Virus record (IMG/VR): IMGVR_UViG_3300028569_002417
Location: 161,528-225,527 of that record
Length of the DNA: 64,000 nt
Reading direction: 5' to 3' (one strand)
The position numbers and the translations under genes were made by a program. How positions within the stretch are numbered: the stretch's first letter is position 1; the number at the start of each line of letters is the position of its first letter. Below the pieces are notes generated by a model. The model did no database searches. It was not told where the DNA came from and worked only from the letters and a program-made list of their open reading frames with translations. Positions 19,911 to 30,292 of this stretch are shown here, in pieces.

Positions 19911-20999
19911 TTATTTTCTTTTCAGCAAGCGACTTTCCTGATAAAACCATTCTTTGAAATTTAACTTTTGTTCTGCCATTTTGCCTAAATTTCTCTGACC
20001 GACTAACGATCTTATTGATTTAGCATATCCTTCAGGATCTCTATTGTAACTGGGATTTGAGAATGGTAAATTTTCTTTTCTTGGCTCATTACTCATTGGA
20101 ACGCCTTGAGTAGGATGATATCGTACTTGTTTAACTAAAGAAGCAGCACCACTCATTACGTCTTTTATTGGAACAGTTCCTAAATCAGGTGTTGAAACAT
20201 ATACTTCTAACGATCTTTTTGTTTCTAAAAGTTTTCTTCTCTCTGCTTGCAGATTGTCTATGCTCTGATTGATTTTTTCGTCAATGTTTAGACCTCTTGG
20301 GTCTTTTTTTCCTAATTGTTTCTCAAGATCAAGTACCCACTTGTCCAATTCACTAATTCTATCAAATTTGGTTCTGTCTAAACTTATAATTTGATCATAT
20401 TCATTTTGTAAATTTTTTATACTTGATCTGATGTGTTCTTCGCTGTCGTATTTGAATTCTTTATTTTTTAATTTCTCTTCTTGAGAAGATATCCATTTTA
20501 GTAATTCTTGTGTTCTTATATATTTTTCTTCATCCAAACCTGATTTAATCTTATGATTATCTAAGCTTATAAGCTTTTCATTTATCAATGCGTTTAAGCA
20601 AGGAATTAGTTCTTTTTTCAACATGTTGCCAGAAGCAGATTTTTCGTCCCAAAAACTTACAATAATTTTATTTATACTTCTATTACCATAGCCAATTCTT
20701 CCCATCACCATATGATCATATATGTCTTTATTGTTTCGATAGCTTGCTGCTAAATCTTTTTTTCTATCTTTTACAGAAGCTAATCCTTTTTTTCTTAAAT
20801 CTTTTTCAAGCTCATCTTCAGATAGTTCTCCATATATCTTTTTAAGTTCGTTAAGAATAAATTCATTATCTTTAATAATATGGACGTGAGTGTCGGAGGA
20901 TATTTTACTGTAAAATAACCTATTCTTAAACCATATAAAAGTAATCATGTTGTCATAATCATTATGGTAATCATACATTTCATCAGGACTTTTGTACAT
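19911..20999 (-). CDS. Hypothetical protein (paralogous domain with next gene)
   Basis: GR..IVSFW..LIPCLN motif; coiled coil. Confidence 0.65.
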   Translation of the reverse strand: MYKSPDEMYDYHNDYDNMITFIWFKNRLFYSKISSDTHVHIIKDNEFILNELKKIYGELSEDELEKDLRKKGLASVKDRKKDLAASYRNNKDIYDHMVMGRIGYGNRSINKIIVSFWDEKSASGNMLKKELIPCLNALINEKLISLDNHKIKSGLDEEKYIRTQELLKWISSQEEKLKNKEFKYDSEEHIRSSIKNLQNEYDQIISLDRTKFDRISELDKWVLDLEKQLGKKDPRGLNIDEKINQSIDNLQAERRKLLETKRSLEVYVSTPDLGTVPIKDVMSGAASLVKQVRYHPTQGVPMSNEPRKENLPFSNPSYNRDPEGYAKSIRSLVGQRNLGKMAEQKLNFKEWFYQESRLLKRK

Positions 21000-21085
21000 A
21001 ATTTTTTCCTTAAATTTCTCTTATACGATCTGGCGTTATAGCATAAATAACGGGTCCCAAATTTCTTCCTAATTTATCTTTTCTT

Positions 21086-22480
21086 TCACATTAATGCTAT
21101 CTTTTCTGGAGTAGTAATATGACCCTGAGCTCCTAGCAGATCGTTTGTGATAATTATTTGTTTTCCGTTAAAAATGCCGCCGGATAATGTCCCATTCCTT
21201 TTCATTTCATAGAATGCTTTGAATTTTTCTTGAGAATAATTTCCGTAAAATGTGGCTAATGGCCTATTTTTAAGTTCTTTTGCGAGTTGTTCTTTATCAC
21301 ATTTTTTTGCAAAATCAGAATTTTCAATTACTTTTTCAACAGATAAGCCATCAGGAACAATTCTGCCAACAATATCTTCATTGCCCCCTCTTGATAGCGC
21401 ATACCAAGCTTGCTGCGCTCTTTTTGCAGCACCATATGAAATTTTGTCAAGATAGGTGATGTAGTCGGAATGACTCATATTATATCTGGGTGCTATTCCT
21501 AAACCATCAGTAGTTTTTTCACCGTTTATTTCCTTGTCGCCATTAAAGTAAAAAAATGATTTGTGAGAATTTGCCATCTTGCCATCAGATATTGCTGATG
21601 GATTAAGTAGTTGTTTTTTGAACAACTCTACAATAATTTTTTTCATATATGAGCTTATTTCCCAATCTTCCATTTTTTCAAAATTTACTTTTTCCGTTTG
21701 AATATTATTGTCAGATGCAGGAATTGCACTAGGTGCGTAGCCAAGTTTTTTACCTAGTTCTTCTTTTTCAGATGGCGTCATAACTTTTCCATTTGGCCAT
21801 CTACCTTGATGAAAAGCAAGCATTTCTGCCGTTTTATCTTTTTCATCTTCTTTGTTATAAGTCATTGATCCGCCACCAATGTAATAAGTGATCGGACGCA
21901 ATGGTTCATTTGGTATTGCAACAAATATATTTTCAATTTTACTAAAAAATACCTTGCCACCTTGATTAACCATATCGTTCAGGCAAGGTATAAGAAGAGT
22001 ATCATATAGTTTTTTGCCCGTATTTCTCAATCCTTTTTTATGTAAATAGCCACTTTCTTTTTGCTGTTCATCAGAATTACTATTCCAAAAAGAAACAATT
22101 GTTGCATATTCTTTATTGTCTGCTCCTAATTTTGAAAGAGCTTTTAATATTGGTTCATTTTTTTGATAAGGATTATCTTTTATATGCTTTTTATAATTTT
22201 CTAAAGGAAGATAAGAATATCTTCCAATTAAGCAAAATTGCATCAAATCATCATTAAAGTCAGCCCACAAATCATCGCCATATTCTTTTTTTAATGATTC
22301 GTAATTGTAAGCCATGATATCTTGGTGCGTTCCTCCTTCATAGTATTTATTTCCTATGGTGTAAACAAATCCTTTTTTTCTCATTCCTTCTATATCAAAA
22401 GACAATGCTTCGAGTGTGTGAGGGCTTATATTGCTGCTTTCCTCACTTAACAACCATTTTCTAAAACTTAAATTAATCAT
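21086..22480 (-). CDS. Hypothetical protein, capsid-targeting-like N-terminus
   Basis: MINLSFRKWLLSEE; GR..IVSFW..LIPCLN motif. Confidence 0.65.
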   Translation of the reverse strand: MINLSFRKWLLSEESSNISPHTLEALSFDIEGMRKKGFVYTIGNKYYEGGTHQDIMAYNYESLKKEYGDDLWADFNDDLMQFCLIGRYSYLPLENYKKHIKDNPYQKNEPILKALSKLGADNKEYATIVSFWNSNSDEQQKESGYLHKKGLRNTGKKLYDTLLIPCLNDMVNQGGKVFFSKIENIFVAIPNEPLRPITYYIGGGSMTYNKEDEKDKTAEMLAFHQGRWPNGKVMTPSEKEELGKKLGYAPSAIPASDNNIQTEKVNFEKMEDWEISSYMKKIIVELFKKQLLNPSAISDGKMANSHKSFFYFNGDKEINGEKTTDGLGIAPRYNMSHSDYITYLDKISYGAAKRAQQAWYALSRGGNEDIVGRIVPDGLSVEKVIENSDFAKKCDKEQLAKELKNRPLATFYGNYSQEKFKAFYEMKRNGTLSGGIFNGKQIIITNDLLGAQGHITTPEKIALM

Positions 22481-22595
22481 GAATTTATGTATAGGTTTTC
22501 AAAAAAATATTCTCAGATTTGTTCTTGATTTGTTGTTATCTTATAATTAATCTGGGAAGCCGTGGAAACCCAAAAAGCCGACAATCGGAGTAATC

Positions 22596-24674
22596 ATGAC
22601 AAGCAAACTTAAAAAAGCAATTGTAAATTTCAATCGGGATCAATTCCGTGCAATTAACACAGAAATGTCATTTGGCGAATATCTTGACTTGTGTTATGAA
22701 AATCCAAAACTTCTTCGTAACTCATGGCAAACCATTTATGACATGATTATGGATAAGGGCAGCTACACAATCGAAGAGTATCGCAAGACTTATGTGAATT
22801 ATAAGTTTTTCGATGATCCAGATTGTCCAATCGTTGGCTTGGCTCCAATGAAAGATGCACTCGTTAAGTTCATCAAGGGTGCAGCTGGAGGATATGGCAC
22901 AGAACGAAGAATCCTTCTTCTCCACGGTCCTGTTGGCTCAAGTAAGTCCACAATTCTTCGTCTTTTTAAGCGCAGTATGGAGAAATATAGCCATACAGAA
23001 GAAGGATCTTGGTACAGCTTCAAATGGGTAAACCTACCTACAGGACCAGATGGCATTTATAATGATCCTGAATGCGAATGCCCAATGCATGAACAACCTC
23101 TTAAACTTTTGCCTGTTGATATTCGTGGACCAATTCTTTTTGAACTAAATAAAATTCACGAACAACAGACATCAGAAGAACAAAGATCTGATATTTATAC
23201 ACTCAAGTGCGCTGATGAACTTGATCCTCTTTGCAAAAAGTTCATGACTGTTCTTCTCAAGAAGTATGACGGCGATATTGAGAAGGTCCTAGAAAATCAC
23301 ATCAGAGTTATCCGCAAAGTCTACTCAGAAGCTGATCGTTGCGGAATTGCAACATTCCAGCCAAAAGATGAGAAAAATCAAGATAGCACCGAACTTACAG
23401 GAGATATAAATTTCCGTAATATTGGTAATTTCGGTAGCGATTCTGATCCAAGAGCATTCAACTTTGATGGTGAATTTTGTGTCGGCAACAGAGGAATCAT
23501 CGAGTTTATTGAAGCTCTAAAGCTTGATACTGCTTTCCTTTATGATCTTCTTGGTGCTTCTCAAGAACAAAGCATCAAGCCTAAGAAGTTTGCTCAGGTA
23601 AGTATCGATGAGGCAATCTGGTGCCATACCAATGATCCAGAATTCCAGAAGTTGAAATCAAATCAATACATGGAAGCTTTCCGTGATCGCACGACAAAGA
23701 TTGATGTTCCTTACACTCTGAGGTGGAGCGAAGAGCTTAGAATCCTTGAGAAGGATTACGGTCCCGGTAAGGTTCGTCAGCACATCGCCCCTCACACTCT
23801 TGAGATTGCCGCTCTTTGGAGCATTCTCACTCGTCTTGCTGATGACAAAGATGGCAAACTCAGCTTGGTCGAGAAGGCAGAACTTTATGACGGCAAGCTT
23901 CTTCCCGGTTGGACAGAAGACAGTGTTAAAGAACTAAAGGACAAGTATCCTGATGAAGGTATGAACAGTGGAGTATCAGTTCGATACCTTCAGGATAAGA
24001 TATCCAACTGTCTTGCGAATAATCATGATTATGTGAATATGTTCATGGTTTTGAACGAACTTCGTGATGGACTTGAAAATAGTAGTCTTCTTACCAATAA
24101 GGAACAGGTGAGTCGATACATTACATGTGTTGATTTGGCGGTGAAAAAGTTGACAGAAATACTTAAAAATGAGGTTCAAAAAGCTCTTGTCGGCGACAAG
24201 GAAGCTGTTAAGCGTCTTTGCACAAATTATATTGACAACGTGATGGCTTATATCAATAAGAATAAAATTAAGGACCAAATCACTGGTCAAGATCGCAAGC
24301 CAGATGAAAGGCTTATGCGTCAAATCGAAGAAAAGATTCAAATCCCAGATACTGGATGCGATGACTTCCGCCGCCAAATCGCAGCTTTCATTGGTCATCT
24401 TGCTCATGAAGGCAAGACATTCGCTTGGGACAGTAATCCAAAGCTAAGGAAGGCTCTTGAGGCAAAGCTCTTTGAAGATGTCCGTGATACTATCAAGCTT
24501 TCTGCCTTGACAATGAGTGGAGCAGCAGTCGTTGATAAGGACTTGCAGGAAAAGATCGATGCAGTCAAGACAAGACTTGTTAAGGATTTTGGATATAACG
24601 ACAGGTCTGCCACAGACGTTTTGGACTTTGTTTCCGGTATATTCTCCAGAGGCGACTTAGCCGAAGACGAATAA
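22596..24674 (+). CDS. prkA: PrkA/YeaG-family AAA+ serine protein kinase
   Basis: LLLHGPVGSSKST, CPMHEQPL, PKDEKNQDSTELTG, SDPRAFNFDGE, IAPHTLE, PDERLMRQIEE. Confidence 0.95.
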   Translation: MTSKLKKAIVNFNRDQFRAINTEMSFGEYLDLCYENPKLLRNSWQTIYDMIMDKGSYTIEEYRKTYVNYKFFDDPDCPIVGLAPMKDALVKFIKGAAGGYGTERRILLLHGPVGSSKSTILRLFKRSMEKYSHTEEGSWYSFKWVNLPTGPDGIYNDPECECPMHEQPLKLLPVDIRGPILFELNKIHEQQTSEEQRSDIYTLKCADELDPLCKKFMTVLLKKYDGDIEKVLENHIRVIRKVYSEADRCGIATFQPKDEKNQDSTELTGDINFRNIGNFGSDSDPRAFNFDGEFCVGNRGIIEFIEALKLDTAFLYDLLGASQEQSIKPKKFAQVSIDEAIWCHTNDPEFQKLKSNQYMEAFRDRTTKIDVPYTLRWSEELRILEKDYGPGKVRQHIAPHTLEIAALWSILTRLADDKDGKLSLVEKAELYDGKLLPGWTEDSVKELKDKYPDEGMNSGVSVRYLQDKISNCLANNHDYVNMFMVLNELRDGLENSSLLTNKEQVSRYITCVDLAVKKLTEILKNEVQKALVGDKEAVKRLCTNYIDNVMAYINKNKIKDQITGQDRKPDERLMRQIEEKIQIPDTGCDDFRRQIAAFIGHLAHEGKTFAWDSNPKLRKALEAKLFEDVRDTIKLSALTMSGAAVVDKDLQEKIDAVKTRLVKDFGYNDRSATDVLDFVSGIFSRGDLAEDE

Positions 24675-24690
24675 TAAAATAACTAATATT

Positions 24691-24734
24691 AAAAATAATT
24701 GACGGTAATGTTAAAGTTACCGTCAATTATTTTT
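24691..24734 (+). terminator. Intrinsic terminator after prkA
   Basis: aaaaataattgacggtaa / ttaccgtcaattattttt inverted repeat. Confidence 0.75.
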
Positions 24735-24815
24735 AGCTAGGTTTGCTTTATCGAAATCAATGGTTTATAATTTGATAAAGGCCAATCTTTGGCTTATCCG
24801 CTAAGAGGAATTATC

Positions 24816-25031
24816 ATGCAAAACCATTGGTTAGGTACTGCCCAAAGCAGGCAACTCATGAAAGAAATTGATGATGTTGCTTTGGATATTTGGGCTCAAG
24901 ATGGCACTCTTGGCGATCTTTTAGCAGCACTTACTGATGATCATACTGACCTTTTATTCGCAATGAAAATTAAAGATTTTACAAGTGATTCAAATAATGT
25001 TACTTGTGGAATCGAACTTATTTCTCCTTGA
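24816..25031 (+). CDS. Small hypothetical protein
   Basis: GAGGA RBS, ATG 24816. Confidence 0.55.
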   Translation: MQNHWLGTAQSRQLMKEIDDVALDIWAQDGTLGDLLAALTDDHTDLLFAMKIKDFTSDSNNVTCGIELISP

Positions 25032-25072
25032 ACATTAACAAGTACTGAGAGCTAAAAAAATAGAGGTGATTC

Positions 25073-26299
25073 ATGCCAAGAAGAATAGAGGAGGATTGGT
25101 CACATTTTCGTGATGTTGTTTCTGGACGAATCCGTAAGGCTCTCAAGAAATTTATAAAAAGTGGACAAATTGTAAAAAATCGTGGGAAAAATGGCAAAAT
25201 TTCCATCACAATCCCAAAGATTGATATCCCTCATATTGTCTACGGAAGCAACGGTGAAGGTGTTGGACGTGGACAAGGCAAAGAAGGCGATGTTATCGGT
25301 AAAGATCCAAAGAACGGAAAAGGAAAAGGAAATAGCGCAGGACAAGGTGAATCAGAAGGAATCACCATCAACCTCGATCTTGATGAAGTCCTAAAATTCA
25401 TGCAGTATGAGCTTCAACTTCCTAATCTGAAGAAGAAGCCTAATGAAATTTATGATGAAATAAAAATTAAATATAACAATATTTCTTTGATTGGTCCTGA
25501 GTCCCTCAGACACAATCGTCGTACTCTTATGCAAACACTTAAGCGTCAGGCTGCTGAAGGAACTCTTGATAAGATGAAGTATGTGGCAGGAGTCAAAGAT
25601 CCTGTTCGTGTTCTTCAGCCAATCAATGAAGATAAGCGTTACAGACAGTTCAACGAAATAAAGATTCCAAGCAGCAATGCACTTATTGTTTTCGCCCGTG
25701 ATGGATCTGGATCTATGGATCAAGCTAAATGTGAAATCGTAAGCGATATGGCTTGGTGGATTGATGTCTGGATTCGTCGATTCTATGACAGAGTTGATCG
25801 CCTCTACGTCTGGCATGACAGCGAAGCAATGGAAGTAGATGAGCAAAAGTTTTATAAGTATCGATTCGGAGGAGGAACAACTTGTTCTTCAGCATTAAAA
25901 TTTGTCACTAAACAATTTGAAAACAGATATCCTCCAAATAAATGGAACATTTATGTTTTCTATTTCACAGATGGCGAAAATTGGGGTGAAGATAATCAAA
26001 TATTCATCAATTCTTTAGCTGAAGATTTCAAACCTCATGTAGTTAATTTTACAGGAATCACTCAGATTCTTGCTTCAAGTTATAATGATTCAGTCAAATT
26101 TCATGTTGATGAAGCAATCAAATCAGGAAAATTAGATAAAGAATGCGTTCGCACAGTTGCAATTGGAGGAAGCCCCGATGGAAAATCGATGTGGTCTGCC
26201 CCAGCTTTGAGCGAAGAAAATAGAAACGAACAAGTAATTGAGGCTATTCAACAATTATTGGGCAATTCAAATAAAATAGTTCAGGATTACAAGGATTGA
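25073..26299 (+). CDS. yeaH: YeaH/YhbH (DUF444) vWA-domain protein
   Basis: G-rich linker, LQLPNL, RDGSGSM, GGGTTCSSAL, WNIYVFYFTDGENW; between prkA and spoVR. Confidence 0.92.
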   Translation: MPRRIEEDWSHFRDVVSGRIRKALKKFIKSGQIVKNRGKNGKISITIPKIDIPHIVYGSNGEGVGRGQGKEGDVIGKDPKNGKGKGNSAGQGESEGITINLDLDEVLKFMQYELQLPNLKKKPNEIYDEIKIKYNNISLIGPESLRHNRRTLMQTLKRQAAEGTLDKMKYVAGVKDPVRVLQPINEDKRYRQFNEIKIPSSNALIVFARDGSGSMDQAKCEIVSDMAWWIDVWIRRFYDRVDRLYVWHDSEAMEVDEQKFYKYRFGGGTTCSSALKFVTKQFENRYPPNKWNIYVFYFTDGENWGEDNQIFINSLAEDFKPHVVNFTGITQILASSYNDSVKFHVDEAIKSGKLDKECVRTVAIGGSPDGKSMWSAPALSEENRNEQVIEAIQQLLGNSNKIVQDYKD

Positions 26300-26308
26300 G
26301 GACTCATC

Positions 26309-29107
26309 ATGTCAAGTAAATTCTTTCACGGCTCAAGTCTTCTACTTGGTGATAACACCGTTCCCGGTGTTCAATTATCAAAAGAACTTAAAGAGTATAT
26401 CCCTGTAATTCTTAAAGCCTGCCGTGATTGGGGACTCGATTTCTATCCAACCGTTGTTCAACTTCTGACATATGATGAGATCAGCGAAATTGCCGCCTAT
26501 GGTGGTTTCCCAGTCCGCTTCCCACATTGGTCCTTCGGAATGGAATACGAAGAACTTCAACGTGGATATGAATTCGGTGGCCATAAAATATACGAAATGG
26601 TAGTGAATACAGATCCCTGTTATATCTATAATCTTAGTTCTAATACTCTTGCTGATCACTTGACTGTAGTCGCACATGCAACTGGTCATAATGATTTTTT
26701 CAAAAACAATATTCACTTCAGCGCCACTGATACGAATATGTTAAATAAAATGGCGAACCATGGGACCAGAATTCGCAATTACATGGCCAGATGGGGTAAG
26801 GAAAGGGTAACTGAGTTTCTTGATCATGTCATGAGACTCGAAACCCTTATAGATGGATCTGATGCTTGGACAGAAAAAGTTGTCAAAGATAAAAACATCT
26901 ATGACGAAAGAAAATATCATAAAGCCCGCAGACTTACTGTTGATCGTGAACGCATGTATATGGAACCATTTTTGAACACGCCTGAATTCAGGCAAAAAGA
27001 AAATCAAAAGGTTCATGATAAAGATATTGCTGATGAAATTGGTTTGTTTAAGAATCCAACTAAGAACATTCTTGGATACATTCGAGACAATGCTCCACTG
27101 AAGCCTTGGCAAGCAGATATTGTTTCGATGTTGTACGAAGAGGCTATTTATTTCTTCCCACAGAGGCAAACTAAGACTTTGAACGAAGGATGGGCCTGTG
27201 GGAAAAGGGATACTCTTGTTTGTAGTGATTTGGGTATTTTGACTTTAGGAGAAATAGTTGACAATAGAATGCCAGTCACCATTTATGATGGAGAACAAGA
27301 AAGAAAAGTTACGAATTGGTTTACTTTTGAAAATCGAGATGTGTATCGCATAGAGACTCGTCGTGGATATGTTTTTGAGGGGTCTAACAATCATCGCATC
27401 ATGGGCAGTGATGATTGGATTCGTCTGGATGGAATGTCAGTTGGACAGTCATTGAAGTTGTCTTATTCGGATATTTGGTCAAATGAATTGCAAGAAATTA
27501 CTTATGAATTACCAGAAAAAAGAATTGAACTTGATGAGATTGCCGAAATGGCATCTGTTACAAAATATCAAGTAAGTTATAGGAAATATCATTACAAAGG
27601 TGAAGAAAAAAATGATGTTTTAGGAAATCTGATTCAAGAATATGATAATCAAAAAACTACTTTCATGCGAAATAAGAGGAACATGATTAGTGTTCCTGAG
27701 TATATGAGTGAAGACTTTGCTTCATTTGTTGGGTATATGATTGGTGATGGACATATTTCCCTAGTGAAAAGAACTATGGGTTTGACATCTGGGGACAAAT
27801 CACAAATTGATCATTATGCTACTTTGCTGAAAGATTTATTTGGATTGGAATGTAAGATAAGATGGGATGGATCATCGAAAAATGGCAGGTATAGGGCTTC
27901 GATTAGCTCTAAAGATTTAGAACAACTTCTTATTCATCTTGGCATGAAAACAGGAGTTTGTGCTAGAATTAAAAATATACCAGAAATTATATTGAAGTCG
28001 CCAAAGAATGTTGTTGCGGCATTTATCAGATCTTATTTTGACTGTGATGGTTATGCTGGAAATGCAGGAGTCATACTCTCCACATCGAGCGATAGTATGT
28101 CTCGACAAATCCAGAATGTGCTTTTGAATTTCAAGATTTTGTCAACAAGAAGAAAGCAAAAGGATTCATGTTGGCATATTCGGATTACTGGTTCAGAAGC
28201 GGTTAAATTTGAAGAACAAATTGGATTTAATCTTCAAAGAAAACAAGATAAATTAAGAAAATATATTTCTGATCACAAATGGTTTGTGGAACAGAAGCTT
28301 GAAGATGAGATTGTTTCTGTTGAAAAAACTGGCACAGACACAGTTTATGATATTACAGTTGAAACAAGTCATCGATATTCATCTTGCGGATTTATAAATC
28401 ATAACAGCACCGTAGATTCTGTTATCATGGCAGAGAACGGGCATATCAGTCTTGGTCAAAATTCTGATGATTGTGGTATTATTGAATATTCTAATCACAA
28501 GATGGGAGTTCTTGGCGGTAAATACAGCATGAATCCCTATAAGATGGGATATTATTTGCTTAATGACATTCGTGAGCGTTGGGACAAAGGTCAGTTTGGA
28601 GAAGAGTGGGAAGAGTGTAACGATATCCACAAAAAAGAAAACTGGAACATCCAAACAAATAAGGGTAAAGAAAAGATTTTTGAAGTCAGGAAGTTTTATG
28701 ATGATTTGACATTTATCCATGAATTTTTCACTGAGGATTTTTGTCGCAAGCAAGAGTATTTCCATTGGAAATATTATCCCAATGGTGAATACAGGTTGGA
28801 TAGTCGAGATTATCAGGTAATCAAAAAGAATCTTATGGCTAGGCATATCAATGGTGGATTGCCATCAATTAAATTGATGGAGCCCAATTATGCTGGTCGT
28901 GGGATTATGATGTTGCAGCATGAGTCTGATGGTCGAAGTCTTTACGATCCTTATATCGGTGACGTTCTTCAATCATTAAGAGCCATTTGGGGCAATGATA
29001 TCATTCTTGCCACAGCTGATGATAACGGCAAGGAAAAAATTTATTGGCAGAGATCAGCAATATTAGAGATCATGGATCGAAGCCGTCTTTCTAAACATCT
29101 TGATTAG
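26309..29107 (+). CDS. spoVR: SpoVR/YcgB-family protein containing an intein
   Basis: GFPVRFPHWSFG, KIYEMVVN, AHATGHNDFFKNN, YFFPQRQTKTLNEGWA, NPYKMG. Confidence 0.93.
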   Translation: MSSKFFHGSSLLLGDNTVPGVQLSKELKEYIPVILKACRDWGLDFYPTVVQLLTYDEISEIAAYGGFPVRFPHWSFGMEYEELQRGYEFGGHKIYEMVVNTDPCYIYNLSSNTLADHLTVVAHATGHNDFFKNNIHFSATDTNMLNKMANHGTRIRNYMARWGKERVTEFLDHVMRLETLIDGSDAWTEKVVKDKNIYDERKYHKARRLTVDRERMYMEPFLNTPEFRQKENQKVHDKDIADEIGLFKNPTKNILGYIRDNAPLKPWQADIVSMLYEEAIYFFPQRQTKTLNEGWACGKRDTLVCSDLGILTLGEIVDNRMPVTIYDGEQERKVTNWFTFENRDVYRIETRRGYVFEGSNNHRIMGSDDWIRLDGMSVGQSLKLSYSDIWSNELQEITYELPEKRIELDEIAEMASVTKYQVSYRKYHYKGEEKNDVLGNLIQEYDNQKTTFMRNKRNMISVPEYMSEDFASFVGYMIGDGHISLVKRTMGLTSGDKSQIDHYATLLKDLFGLECKIRWDGSSKNGRYRASISSKDLEQLLIHLGMKTGVCARIKNIPEIILKSPKNVVAAFIRSYFDCDGYAGNAGVILSTSSDSMSRQIQNVLLNFKILSTRRKQKDSCWHIRITGSEAVKFEEQIGFNLQRKQDKLRKYISDHKWFVEQKLEDEIVSVEKTGTDTVYDITVETSHRYSSCGFINHNSTVDSVIMAENGHISLGQNSDDCGIIEYSNHKMGVLGGKYSMNPYKMGYYLLNDIRERWDKGQFGEEWEECNDIHKKENWNIQTNKGKEKIFEVRKFYDDLTFIHEFFTEDFCRKQEYFHWKYYPNGEYRLDSRDYQVIKKNLMARHINGGLPSIKLMEPNYAGRGIMMLQHESDGRSLYDPYIGDVLQSLRAIWGNDIILATADDNGKEKIYWQRSAILEIMDRSRLSKHLD
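27197..28405 (+). mobile_element. Intein (403 aa) with LAGLIDADG homing endonuclease in SpoVR
   Basis: NEGWA|CGKRDTLV ... VYDITVETSHRYSSCGFINHN|S; FVGYMIGDG and FIRSYFDCDG motifs. Confidence 0.92.
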
Positions 29108-29116
29108 GAGACTTAA

Positions 29117-29761
29117 ATGTCAACTTACGAGAAAAATGGTCATATTCATGGTTCATTTGATGTAATCCGTCATGGGAAGTTTGAGCATGTCGGACGTGAA
29201 GCAGTAACTATGTTTTGGAAAAGTAAGGATTGGTCTGTATTTGACAATGATATTGATGAAAACGGAGAAGTTATCAAGAATCGTGCTGACTTAAGAATTG
29301 AGTTTAATGATAAAGTGATATTAATGGAAGCTGCGACTAAAAGGCATGATCTTTTCCGTTATGCTAAGTCTGGTGTGGATGTTGAAACAAGAAAATTAAA
29401 ATACAGACGTGAAGGTCAAAAAGCTTTTGTCGCAATGTGTGATTATCATTTAGATGATAATAGAAACGCTTATTTTGGCAACGAGATGCTTATTATTCCA
29501 ATGGAATGCTTGGAATTAGCACAAAGAGATTGTGGTTCAGAATTCAAGGGAATGGGTTCTGTTGGTTCATCATTTCGCTTTGTCATGCCAGATCATGGAT
29601 GTCATCGTGTGAGAAAGAAGTGCGAAAAAGGCTATAGACAGAATGGAATGGCTGAGGATTTTTACAGAATTCCTTATGAATACATCGTGCATTATAGAAA
29701 AAACGAAGAAGGATACTATCAATTAATTAGTAAACCAATTTGGAGTGCGAAAAATGGATGA
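29117..29761 (+). CDS. Hypothetical protein, possible PD-(D/E)XK nuclease fold
   Basis: AGGAG RBS; RADLRIE..LMEAATK. Confidence 0.5.
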   Translation: MSTYEKNGHIHGSFDVIRHGKFEHVGREAVTMFWKSKDWSVFDNDIDENGEVIKNRADLRIEFNDKVILMEAATKRHDLFRYAKSGVDVETRKLKYRREGQKAFVAMCDYHLDDNRNAYFGNEMLIIPMECLELAQRDCGSEFKGMGSVGSSFRFVMPDHGCHRVRKKCEKGYRQNGMAEDFYRIPYEYIVHYRKNEEGYYQLISKPIWSAKNG

Positions 29762-29972
29762 CAATTTTCTTTTGACTGATGAATTTATTGCTTTTTCGAG
29801 CAAGATTAAAACTATTTATGAAAATAAGAAGATTAAGAAGGCAGAGTTGAAGTCCTTCTACGACAAGACTCAGGCTGAGATCAAGGCACTTGATAATCAG
29901 GCCAAGTCTGTTGAGGATGAGTTCAATAAGTGGAAGGCAAGCCAGAAGGGTAGTGTAAAAACAGATGAGTGA
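29754..29972 (+). CDS. Small coiled-coil protein
   Basis: GGAG RBS; overlaps neighbours. Confidence 0.55.
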   Translation: MDDNFLLTDEFIAFSSKIKTIYENKKIKKAELKSFYDKTQAEIKALDNQAKSVEDEFNKWKASQKGSVKTDE

Positions 29973-30240
29973 AAAAAATCAACTAGGTTATTACGAACCT
30001 TGTATTCACTTGTCTGCTTTTGTCTTAGGTGTAAGTTTAATTATTTCACCTAATGGTCTTTTTTATTCTTGCGCTAATCTTGTCGCTTGTTTCTTTGTCT
30101 TATCTTTCTATTGGTGTCTTTGCCTCATTCATTGGGGCCAAGACAGAGATTGGCGAAATACATTTTATATAAGCTTGGTTTGGCTTGCCAATTTAATCTT
30201 ACAAGGCTATCACGCTTATATGTTGTCTAAACCTTATTGA
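29965..30240 (+). CDS. Small membrane protein
   Basis: Three hydrophobic segments. Confidence 0.55.
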   Translation: MSEKNQLGYYEPCIHLSAFVLGVSLIISPNGLFYSCANLVACFFVLSFYWCLCLIHWGQDRDWRNTFYISLVWLANLILQGYHAYMLSKPY

Positions 30241-30259
30241 TTATTACCAGTTGATCATG

Positions 30260-30291
30260 AATGCCTAGAAATTATTTTCTAGGCATTTTTT
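30260..30291 (+). terminator. Intrinsic terminator upstream of cas12i
   Basis: aatgcctagaaa / tttctaggcatt plus T run. Confidence 0.75.
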
Positions 30292-30292
30292 C

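Noticed and set aside
22577-22593. Spacer 6 partial match with TTA PAM in the prkA leader
   Set aside because: Only 4 seed bases match before a large bulge; implausible for Cas12
24699-24726. TTGACGG / CCGTCAA as another CRISPR repeat copy
   Set aside because: Arms are in the wrong order on both strands, there is no AGAAAT, and it is part of the prkA terminator
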